Positions 56,498-64,000 of a stretch of DNA of 64,000 nt are shown here, piece by piece. This stretch comes from Candidatus Latescibacterota bacterium. Lineage in GTDB: Bacteria > Latescibacterota > UBA2968 > SICM01. Position 1 is the stretch's first letter, and each line of letters starts with the position of its first letter. The stretch covers positions 899,178 to 963,177 of the forward strand of contig CBDCJO010000002.1 in assembly GCA_965217865.1 (NCBI GenBank), written 5' to 3'. The notes under the pieces are model-generated. The model was not told the DNA's origin. It saw only the letters and a program-made list of their open reading frames with translations, and searched no databases. Both the position numbers and the translations under genes were made by a program.

Positions 56498-57241
56498 CTA
56501 TATCTGAAGTACCGCCCTTATATATTCCCGATTGAGAAAAGCGATGTGTGAAACGGATATCTCTTTGGGGCAGACCGCTTCGCACTCGTATTCATTGGTG
56601 CAGTTTCCAAAGCCTTCGGCCTTCATGGATTCTACGAGGGACAAAACCCTTCTGCGACGCTCGGATTTCCCCTGGGGGAGTATGCCCAGATGTTTCACTT
56701 TTGCCCCGACAAAGAGCATGGCCGCGGCGTTCTTGCACGAGGCCACACAAGCTCCACAACCAATGCAGGCAGCGGCATCCATGGCTTCTTCGCCCGTTTC
56801 CTGAGGGATCAGGACGGCGTTGCCGTCCGGAGCCGAACCGGTGTTCACCGAGACATAACCGCCGGTCTGCAATATTCGATCGAAGGCCGAGCGATCAACA
56901 ACCAGATCCTTCACGACCGGAAATGCCGCCGCGTGCCAAGGTTCGATATGAATGGTTTCCCCTTCATTAAAACTCCGCATGAAGAGCTGGCAGGTGGTGG
57001 TCCCCTTCCCCGGGCCGTGGGCAACGCCGTTGATGACAAGACCGCAGGTGCCGCAGATCCCTTCCCGACAATCGCTGTCAAAAGCGACAGGGTCTTCCCC
57101 CTTCAATGCCAACCGCTCATTCAGCACATCCAGCATCTCCAGGAAGGACATGCCCGGAGATACATCGGTTGCCGGGTAAACGACCATTTTCCCTTTATCC
57201 AGAGCATCCTTCTGTCGCCAGATCCTGAGCATAAAATTCAT
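56498..57241 (-). CDS. sdhB: succinate dehydrogenase / fumarate reductase iron-sulfur subunit (type B complex)
   Basis: [42 protein letters not shown] chose the ATG at 57241 (MNFMLRIW), 8 nt after the sdhA stop; the track ORF extends to 57343, inside sdhA. Confidence 0.8.
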   Translation of the reverse strand: MNFMLRIWRQKDALDKGKMVVYPATDVSPGMSFLEMLDVLNERLALKGEDPVAFDSDCREGICGTCGLVINGVAHGPGKGTTTCQLFMRSFNEGETIHIEPWHAAAFPVVKDLVVDRSAFDRILQTGGYVSVNTGSAPDGNAVLIPQETGEEAMDAAACIGCGACVASCKNAAAMLFVGAKVKHLGILPQGKSERRRRVLSLVESMKAEGFGNCTNEYECEAVCPKEISVSHIAFLNREYIRAVLQI

Positions 57242-57249
57242 GCCCTTGC

Positions 57250-59172
57250 TCACTTGTAGCTCCTTTGAGAAAGCGAGACGTTTTCGAAAACCAAGGGCTC
57301 TTTGTGGAGGGAGGGTGGGTCCCCAACGCCATTGAATTCCCAAGCGGCCACATGAGCAAATCGATCATCGTCTCTCAGCGCTTCGCCATCCGGGGTCTGG
57401 TGTTCTTCCCGAAAGTGGGCCCCGCAAGACTCTTCCCGCAGAAGGGCATCGTGGATCATAAGCTCACCAAACTCCATGAAGTCGGCCACCCGCCCCGCCC
57501 GCTCGAGTGTCTGATTGAACTCGCCGTATGACCCGGTGACCGTCAGGTCCGACCAGAACGCTTCTCTAATCTCGGCCACCTTTTCCACCGCCTGTTTGAG
57601 GCCAGCTTCATTTCGGGACATACCGCAGTAATCCCAAAGGAGCAGGCCCAGTTGTCGGTGGAAGTCGTCCACGGTGCGATTACCGTTGATTGCCAGCAAT
57701 TTGCCGATCCTATCGGAAACAGATTTTTCAGCTTCCTTAAAGGCCGGATTGTCTGTGTCGACCTTTTTCATCGAGGAGGCCAGGTAACCCCCGATGGTAT
57801 AGGGGATGGTGAAATAACCATCCGCGAGTCCCTGCATCAAGGCGCTTGCCCCAAGGCGGTTGGCACCGTGGTCCGAAAAATTGGCCTCCCCTATGACGAA
57901 TAAGCCCGGTATGTTGCTCATCAAGTCGTAGTCCACCCAGAGACCGCCCATCGTATAGTGAACGGCTGGGTAGATACGCATGGGTGTCTTGTAGGGGTCC
58001 TCGTTCGTGATCTCCTCGTACATCTTGAAAAGATTCCCGTACTTTTGTCGGATCACTTGCTCTCCGTCCCGAAGGATGGCGTCCCGGAAGTCTAGGTAAA
58101 CCGCCCGGTCCGTGGCCCCGACCCCCCGCCCATCGTCGCAGACGGCCTTTGCATTTCGGGAGGCGACATCGCGTGGCACCAGGTTCCCAAAGCTGGGATA
58201 CCTTCGCTCGAGATAGTAATCGCGTTCCTCTTCGGCTACGGATTCGGGAGGTCTCGTGTCGCCAGGCGTTTTCGGGACCCAAACCCTACCGTCGTTTCGC
58301 AGACTTTCGCTCATGAGTGTCAACTTCGACTGATGGTTTCCGGACACGGGGATACAGGTGGGATGGATCTGTGTGAAACAGGGATTGGCGAAGAAAGCCC
58401 CAATTCTATGAGCCCGCCACGAAGCCGTCACATTACAGGCCATGGCATTCGTCGATAGGAAGAAGGCGTTGCCGTATCCTCCCGTAGCGAGGACAACCGC
58501 GTCGGCCACGTAGGACTCTATCTTCCCGGTGACAAGATTCCGGGCAATAATTCCCCGTGCCGAACCTTCCACGAGGACCAGTTCCAACATCTCCCGTCGG
58601 GGGAAGAGGGTTATTTTGCCAGCGGCGACCTGGCGCATCATGGCCCCGTAGGCGCCCAGGAGCAGTTGCTGGCCCGTTTGTCCCCGGCAGTAGAACGTCC
58701 GTGAGACCTGAGCTCCTCCAAACGATCGGTTTGCCAGGGTGCCGCCGTACTCTCGAGCGAAAGGCACCCCCTGAGCCGTGCATTGATCGATGATGTTGTT
58801 GCTGACCTGAGCTAAGCGATAGACGTTGGCCTCTCTCGAACGATAATCGCCGCCTTTGATTGTATCATAGAAAAGTCGATGTACGCTGTCTCCGTCATTC
58901 TGATAATTCTTGGCCGCGTTAATGCCGCCTTGGGCAGCGATACTGTGGGCCCTACGAGGGCTGTCGTGGATGCAAAAGGATAACACGTTGTAGCCCAACT
59001 CTCCTAGAGAGGCGGCAGCGGAAGCGCCTGCAAGTCCCGTTCCAACGACGATGATGTGATGTTTCCGTTTGTTGGCCGGATTGACAAGCTTCAACTCAAA
59101 CTTGTGCTTGTCCCATTTCTGCTCCAAAGGACCGCCGGGGATGTGTCCATCGAGTGTCATCAGCATCTCCAA
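57250..59172 (-). CDS. sdhA: succinate dehydrogenase / fumarate reductase flavoprotein subunit (type B complex)
   Basis: [46 protein letters not shown] start at 59172; ATG alternatives at 59166 and 59160. Confidence 0.85.
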   Translation of the reverse strand: MEMLMTLDGHIPGGPLEQKWDKHKFELKLVNPANKRKHHIIVVGTGLAGASAAASLGELGYNVLSFCIHDSPRRAHSIAAQGGINAAKNYQNDGDSVHRLFYDTIKGGDYRSREANVYRLAQVSNNIIDQCTAQGVPFAREYGGTLANRSFGGAQVSRTFYCRGQTGQQLLLGAYGAMMRQVAAGKITLFPRREMLELVLVEGSARGIIARNLVTGKIESYVADAVVLATGGYGNAFFLSTNAMACNVTASWRAHRIGAFFANPCFTQIHPTCIPVSGNHQSKLTLMSESLRNDGRVWVPKTPGDTRPPESVAEEERDYYLERRYPSFGNLVPRDVASRNAKAVCDDGRGVGATDRAVYLDFRDAILRDGEQVIRQKYGNLFKMYEEITNEDPYKTPMRIYPAVHYTMGGLWVDYDLMSNIPGLFVIGEANFSDHGANRLGASALMQGLADGYFTIPYTIGGYLASSMKKVDTDNPAFKEAEKSVSDRIGKLLAINGNRTVDDFHRQLGLLLWDYCGMSRNEAGLKQAVEKVAEIREAFWSDLTVTGSYGEFNQTLERAGRVADFMEFGELMIHDALLREESCGAHFREEHQTPDGEALRDDDRFAHVAAWEFNGVGDPPSLHKEPLVFENVSLSQRSYK

Positions 59173-59173
59173 G

Positions 59174-59809
59174 CTAGGTGAAGATGGCCATCAAGATGGG
59201 GATGGAACCAAAACCCACGCCCAGGACAACCGAAAGAAGGAGGCCTAATACCTTTATTTTCTTTGAAGTTAGAGTAAGGGTTTGAAAGGCGCTGCAGAAA
59301 GCATGCCAGAGATGGAAACCGAGGACCACCATGGAAAAGACATACCAGACCAGGTAGCCTGTGGTTTGGAACGTAAGCGATACGAGATCGTAGAGGGTCC
59401 CTGAGCCGAGATCTCCATATTTGAATGTCTTCAGATGGATGACGACGAAGATCAGGATCAGGATTCCGGAAAAAAACATAGTGGAAGAAGCCCAGCTCCG
59501 TCCCCCGACCGCGCGGCTTTTCGCCTGATAGGGGATCGGACGAGCCCGTCGGTTTTCGAGGGTGACGCTTATGGCCAGATAGATATGCAACAAGAAGACG
59601 GCCAGGAGGACCAGTTCGATCGGGACCAACAGTGGGTGGCTGGTCAGGAACTCGGAATAAGCGTTGAACGCCTGACCGCCATCACCCTTGAACAACAGCG
59701 TGTTTCCGGCCAGGTGGCCGATGAGAAAACCGTAGAGCATCAGACCGGTAATGGCCATTCCGATTTTTTTACCGATCAGGGATGAGAAAAATGCCGCCAC
59801 GTTCGTCAT
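59174..59809 (-). CDS. sdhC: succinate dehydrogenase cytochrome b subunit (b558-type, five TM helices)
   Basis: 211 aa with five hydrophobic helices and conserved His candidates ([24 protein letters not shown]). It lies immediately upstream of sdhA. Confidence 0.7.
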   Translation of the reverse strand: MTNVAAFFSSLIGKKIGMAITGLMLYGFLIGHLAGNTLLFKGDGGQAFNAYSEFLTSHPLLVPIELVLLAVFLLHIYLAISVTLENRRARPIPYQAKSRAVGGRSWASSTMFFSGILILIFVVIHLKTFKYGDLGSGTLYDLVSLTFQTTGYLVWYVFSMVVLGFHLWHAFCSAFQTLTLTSKKIKVLGLLLSVVLGVGFGSIPILMAIFT

Positions 59810-60133
59810 TTGTTACGGTTAACCTTATCTGGAGTCTCAGGGGCCAAAATCTGAAAAAAGAGAACTAATCGATTTAAGCAATTAAAAAACATTATATTGT
59901 CGGTGTTGTTCCGCTCGATATCCCATCTAAAATAGGAGGGACATTTAAAAAAGCAAGTACTTTTCGCCCTCCAGTTTCGAACCGGGCAAAGTCGGGTCAG
60001 GGTTGATCGTGGGGGGGGGTCAATTTTTCGTGGTGGACGGCTCCTGGCACGACATGTTTTAAATCGATGCGGCTTGTCTTAAGCTTCATTTTTCATTATC
60101 ATATTCGCCTGTTGGATCGATCTTTTTGCGGAG

Positions 60134-60895
60134 GTGCGTGTGCCGTTCAATTTTAACTGGGTGATCGAGGGGGAGCTGGCCGGGATGGGAAGGCCCGGAT
60201 CGGCGATGGAACTGACGGGAGAGATGAGTCCCGTTGAGAGACGATTCCTCGGGTGGATGGCCGGATCCAGGGACCTCCGGATGGAGAGAAAGGCCCTTGC
60301 TCTCCGGATCGGCGTAGAGGAGACCGATGATTTCGAAATAGACCGGCGACTGATTCAGGTGTACAAGAAGTTCAGGGATGTTTGGGGGATTTTGGAGTCA
60401 TACCGTGAAGGGATGGGCCAAAATGGGGAGGCTTTGGATTCTTTTCGTCTCAACCCGGAGAAACTCAGGACCGATCTGTTGTTTTTGAAAGATCAGGGGA
60501 TCGGCTCTGTCGTTACACTCTCCGAAAAACCCCTAGATCCGGAAGTCTTGGCAGAATTCGATTTCGATGTTGCCCATATTCCTCTTGTGGACGGACGGGC
60601 CCCGGAGCAAGACCTCATTGATGTGTTTGTGGGCTATGTTCACCGCACTCTGAATGCAGGTATGGCGGTGGTCGTTCACTGCCTGGGGGGTTACGGGCGA
60701 ACGGGGACGACGCTGGCGTGTTACCTCCTCCATCGAGGCCGGACGGCGGAGGAGGCCATACAAGAGGTGCGATCGAAGAGACCGGGTTCAATCGAAGCGG
60801 GAGATCAGGAAGACGCGGTGCAGGTGTATGAGGGGCGGAAACTGGGGGTGGAGACGTCCGCCCCAGATTCCGGATCGCCAACCCTGGGATCGTAA
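60134..60895 (+). CDS. Cys-based dual-specificity/tyrosine protein phosphatase with an N-terminal insertion
   Basis: P-loop VVHCLGGYGRTGT (HCxxGxxR[ST]). GGAGG Shine-Dalgarno and a GTG start. Confidence 0.7.
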   Translation: MRVPFNFNWVIEGELAGMGRPGSAMELTGEMSPVERRFLGWMAGSRDLRMERKALALRIGVEETDDFEIDRRLIQVYKKFRDVWGILESYREGMGQNGEALDSFRLNPEKLRTDLLFLKDQGIGSVVTLSEKPLDPEVLAEFDFDVAHIPLVDGRAPEQDLIDVFVGYVHRTLNAGMAVVVHCLGGYGRTGTTLACYLLHRGRTAEEAIQEVRSKRPGSIEAGDQEDAVQVYEGRKLGVETSAPDSGSPTLGS

Positions 60896-60906
60896 GGAGG
60901 GGTCGA

Positions 60907-62244
60907 ATGCAGTATATCGATCTAAAGAAACTTCGGGAGGACGCGCGTAGTATTTTCGATGCTGCGCTGGAGGCGGCGGATCCCAAGATCTGCGTGCGAA
61001 ATGCGATGGGTATAGAAGGGAGGGACCTTCGCATCGGGGAGGATTCATACGATTTAGAAAAATTTTCGCAAATCCTTGTCGTGGGAGCAGGGAAGGCATC
61101 CGCCCAGATGGCCCTGGCAGTGGAAAACCTTCTGGGTGTGCAGGTGAGCGGTGGGCTGATCAACACGAAGTATGAACACGGGATACCGCTGGATCGGATC
61201 GAGATCAACGAATGCGGTCACCCGGTTCCAGACGAGGCAGGTATTGAGGGGACAGAGCGAATCATCAAATTAGTGGAAGACGCGGGTGAGCAAACGCTCG
61301 TGCTCTGTCTGGTATCGGGCGGAGGGTCCGCGTTGATGCCGGCACCCGCTGACGGAATCAGCTTCGGAGAGAAACAGGAGACAACCCGGCAACTTCTGGC
61401 TTGCGGAGCGACGATCAACGAAATGAATGCGGTTCGGAAACACCTCTCGAAGGTGAAGGGGGGGCAGCTGGCAAGGGTCGCCCACCCGGCGACGGTCGTA
61501 TCCCTGATCCTATCGGATGTGATCGGGGATCCGCTGGATGTGATTGCATCCGGTCCAACGGCTCCCGATGCGAGCGGATTTGAGGATTGTCTCGAGATTT
61601 TTCAAAAATATGGGATCCAGGGGCAGATACCCCAAGGCGTGGTGGACCGGATCCGTGAGGGGGTTGCCGGGAAGGTTCCCGAAACGCCTAAAGCCGGAGA
61701 CAGCAGCCTGAACCGGTGCACCAATCTGGTCGTGGGGAGCAATCGTGTGGCTGTTTCCGCGGCACGCGACAAGTCGAATGGGATGGGTTATCATTCCCAG
61801 ATCCTGTCCACCCGGATCGAGGGGGAGGCGCGGGAGGTGGCCAGGGTGTTTGCTGCGATCGGTAAGGAGATCCGCACGACCGGCCAACCCGTTTCACCTC
61901 CCGCTTGCGTGATCTGCGGGGGGGAAACGACAGTCACGCTCAACGGGAAGGGGAAGGGGGGGCGAAATCAAGAAATCGGCTTAGCCGCTGCTATTGAGAT
62001 CCAGGGCTGGCCGAATCTTGTCATCTTCAGCGGCGGGACAGATGGAACTGACGGGCCCACAAATGCTGCGGGCGCTCTGGCTGACGGAGAGACGATAGAC
62101 CGGGCGGACCGGTTGGGACTGTCTGCGGCGGATTTCCTGCGAGAAAACGACTCCTACCATTTCTTTGAAAAGCTGGACGACCTGCTTCTGACCGGCCCTA
62201 CGGGAACCAATGTGATGGATGTGGCGTTGATTATGGTTGGTTGA
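60907..62244 (+). CDS. glycerate 2-kinase (DUF4147 + MOFRL, GckA/TtuD type)
   Basis: VVGAGKASAQMA, LVSGGGSAL, CGGETTVTLNGKGKGGRNQE, SGGTDGTDGPT. Confidence 0.8.
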   Translation: MQYIDLKKLREDARSIFDAALEAADPKICVRNAMGIEGRDLRIGEDSYDLEKFSQILVVGAGKASAQMALAVENLLGVQVSGGLINTKYEHGIPLDRIEINECGHPVPDEAGIEGTERIIKLVEDAGEQTLVLCLVSGGGSALMPAPADGISFGEKQETTRQLLACGATINEMNAVRKHLSKVKGGQLARVAHPATVVSLILSDVIGDPLDVIASGPTAPDASGFEDCLEIFQKYGIQGQIPQGVVDRIREGVAGKVPETPKAGDSSLNRCTNLVVGSNRVAVSAARDKSNGMGYHSQILSTRIEGEAREVARVFAAIGKEIRTTGQPVSPPACVICGGETTVTLNGKGKGGRNQEIGLAAAIEIQGWPNLVIFSGGTDGTDGPTNAAGALADGETIDRADRLGLSAADFLRENDSYHFFEKLDDLLLTGPTGTNVMDVALIMVG

Positions 62245-62273
62245 TACTCCCCCCCTGCAAACCGGCATCGAAC

Positions 62274-63632
62274 ATGACAAGAGGATCCCAATTGATATTC
62301 ATGCTTTCTTTTTTAATTTTTTTGGTCGGATTCCCGTTCCTCGCAACCACGCTAAATGGAGGAACTGGAGCCCAGAGTTCGTACGCGGGTTTGACAGACG
62401 ATCGCGATCGGGCAAAATTATATTTTGAGAAGGGAGAGATCGACTCGGCCATCACCGCCTTCCAAAAGGTTGTGGATGCCAGCCCCGATGTCGCGGAATT
62501 GAGGTCCCAGCTGGGTTTTCTTTACGCAGAGGCCGGACGGATCGACGAGGCGATTTCGGTATATCGCAAGGCGCTGGAGCTGGATCCAAGCGATACCCAG
62601 AGGTGGACCGTTCTCGCCATGCTCTACTCAGGTGAGGGCCGTTTTGATGAGGCCTTGGCTTCGCTTCAAATGGCGCTGGCGCAGGACCCGAATGACCCGG
62701 AGCTGATGACCAACCTGGGGACAATCCATCTCTCCATGGCGGATACGGCCATAGCACTGGCTGCATACCGGAGGGCCATCTTCCTTTTCCCCGATAGACC
62801 CGAAGGGCACAGCGCATTCGGTTTTGTCATGGCAAATGTGGGATCCTTGGATGTGGCTGTGTCCGAATTTAAGAAGGCCATCGCTCTGGATCCAGACGAT
62901 GTGGATATTCGTGTGGGCCTTGCGGAAGTCTATTATAGAAAAGGAGATATCGACTCCTCCCTGGTGAGTTATCAGCGCCTCCTGATCATCGATCCGGATC
63001 GAGACGAAGCTCGCTATCAACTCGGCATGATATATGAGGAAAAGGAGATGCCGGACTCGGCTGTTGCCGAATTCCGTCGTTGCATCGAGGCCGCGCCGGA
63101 ATGGGTGCTTCCTCAGAGCCGCCTGGCTTCTCTATATCTCCGCTATGGGAGGCTTGAGTCGGCCCTCGCGGCCTATCAACGTTGCCTTATGCTGGTTCCT
63201 GAGGACCCTGGATTTCACAACGACATGGGGGTTATTTACACCAGGAGGGGGCAGATCGATTCGGCGATCGCGGCTTACGAGCGGTCCATCCGGTTGAGCA
63301 GGGATCCCAATTCCTTACGGGATGCGCAAATCAACCTGGGGATCGTGCGTTCGATCCAGGGGGGTGAAATGCGGGTCCGCCACATCCTGGTGAAAACCGT
63401 TGCAGAGGCCGAGGAGATCCTGAAACTCCTCGGGGAAGGAACCGATTTCGCAGAGCTTGCTCGAATACGGTCCATCGACCCGAGTGCCCCGGATGGAGGC
63501 CTTACAGGGTTCTTCTCCCAGGGGGACCTGGATCCCGAATTTGAGGCCGCGGTCATGGGGATCCAGAAGGGGGAGATCAGTAACATTGTGAAGACACAAC
63601 TTGGGTATCATATTATTCAAAGGTTGAACTGA
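62274..63632 (+). CDS. secreted TPR-repeat protein with a C-terminal PpiC/parvulin peptidyl-prolyl isomerase domain
   Basis: I chose the ATG at 62274, which gives the signal-like N-terminus MTRGSQLIFMLSFLIFLVGFPFLA. About eight TPR-like repeats follow (AIxxYxxALxLDP pattern). The C-terminus has VRHILVKT...FAELARIRSIDPS...GGLTGFF...LGYHIIQRL. The track ORF starts at 62241. Confidence 0.7.
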   Translation: MTRGSQLIFMLSFLIFLVGFPFLATTLNGGTGAQSSYAGLTDDRDRAKLYFEKGEIDSAITAFQKVVDASPDVAELRSQLGFLYAEAGRIDEAISVYRKALELDPSDTQRWTVLAMLYSGEGRFDEALASLQMALAQDPNDPELMTNLGTIHLSMADTAIALAAYRRAIFLFPDRPEGHSAFGFVMANVGSLDVAVSEFKKAIALDPDDVDIRVGLAEVYYRKGDIDSSLVSYQRLLIIDPDRDEARYQLGMIYEEKEMPDSAVAEFRRCIEAAPEWVLPQSRLASLYLRYGRLESALAAYQRCLMLVPEDPGFHNDMGVIYTRRGQIDSAIAAYERSIRLSRDPNSLRDAQINLGIVRSIQGGEMRVRHILVKTVAEAEEILKLLGEGTDFAELARIRSIDPSAPDGGLTGFFSQGDLDPEFEAAVMGIQKGEISNIVKTQLGYHIIQRLN

Positions 63633-63706
63633 AGGGAGTAAACTGATCCGGGGGGATTCGGCGATTCTGGAAGGGCCTCTCGCCCGGTTTTTCGAAATTT
63701 GGCTCT

Positions 63707-64000
63707 GTGAAACGCTATCGCATCCTGTTTCTTCTCCTCGGGTTCTTCCTGCTGGCCGTCCTGATCTATCGGACTGGCCCTCAGCTCATACTCTCATATA
63801 TCGGGATGATCGGGTGGAGGTTTATCCTGATCATCGGGGCGGCTTTTTGCTGGCAACTCGGAAACACCATCGCGTGGGGATTGGCCTTCGAACGGAAAGT
63901 GGCCCCTCCATTTGGAATCCAGTTTTTCGCCAAGTTAGGGAGCGATGCGATCAATCACATCACCCCGCTGTTGAACCTTGGAGGCGAGTTCGTAAAGCCT
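63707..64000 (+). CDS. partial flippase-like / LPG-synthase-TM (UPF0104) family membrane protein, 3' end outside the window
   Basis: My own translation from the GTG at 63707 gives VKRYRILFLLLGFFLLAVLIYRTGPQLILSYIGMIGWRFILIIGAAFCWQLGNTIAWGLAFE...LNLGGEFVKP, open to the window end. The frame opens after the stop at 63644..63646, and the exact start is uncertain. Confidence 0.4.
   Translation, partial: MKRYRILFLLLGFFLLAVLIYRTGPQLILSYIGMIGWRFILIIGAAFCWQLGNTIAWGLAFERKVAPPFGIQFFAKLGSDAINHITPLLNLGGEFVKP

Noticed and set aside
1-64000. Search for CRISPR arrays, tRNA/rRNA genes and obvious riboswitches
   Set aside because: Inspection found no regularly spaced direct repeats, no cloverleaf-like or rRNA-like segments, and no leader I could assign to a known riboswitch class. 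This is a by-eye negative only, and covariance-model scans would be needed.

Overview
This looks like a bacterial chromosomal window of roughly 50% GC by eye. I recognised no rRNA, tRNA or CRISPR array.

(1) Left edge, 1-1.9 kb. A Panacea (DUF4065) antitoxin-type gene overlaps by 14 nt a small two-TM ORF that runs off the window and is missing from the ORF track. An IS1595-family transposase gene ends 15 bp upstream of the Panacea start codon.

(2) 1.96-46.2 kb. A single plus-strand surface-polysaccharide locus of about 40 genes. It contains:
- a DapA-like lyase and a HAD phosphatase;
- three GT-C-like polytopic membrane proteins;
- two small Dpm1/ArnC-like GT2 enzymes and three further GT2 enzymes;
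- many GT4 and CgeB-like glycosyltransferases;
- six extended SDRs;
- three DegT-family enzymes, one with His replacing the Schiff-base Lys (ColD/E1-type 3-dehydratase);
- gmd and an fcl/colC-like gene;
- an HddC-GmhB fusion and an HddA-like kinase (GDP-heptose route);
- asnB, a heparinase II/III-like gene, a UbiA-type polyprenyl-phosphate phosphoribosyltransferase and a WecA-family initiating transferase.

The locus is interrupted by an IS200/IS605 tnpA element (12.66-13.27 kb) and by a decayed, internally deleted copy in the opposite orientation (28.82-29.06 kb). A TylF-like methyltransferase next to the IS is split by a frameshift exactly at an A9 tract.

(3) 47-50.3 kb. An ATP-grasp gene lies end-to-end with an nfuA-like gene plus a B12-binding radical SAM gene. 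The track 'stop' TGA of the radical SAM gene is best read as selenocysteine: the tail becomes ...Y-C-U-A-E-P..., and a SECIS-like hairpin lies 13 nt downstream.

(4) 50.6-64 kb. Housekeeping genes: csp, wecB, an HMA lipoprotein, frdABCD, convergent sdhCAB, a Cys-based phosphatase, a glycerate 2-kinase, a TPR-parvulin protein and a partial UPF0104-type membrane protein.

All product calls come from motifs read in the translations. No database search was possible.
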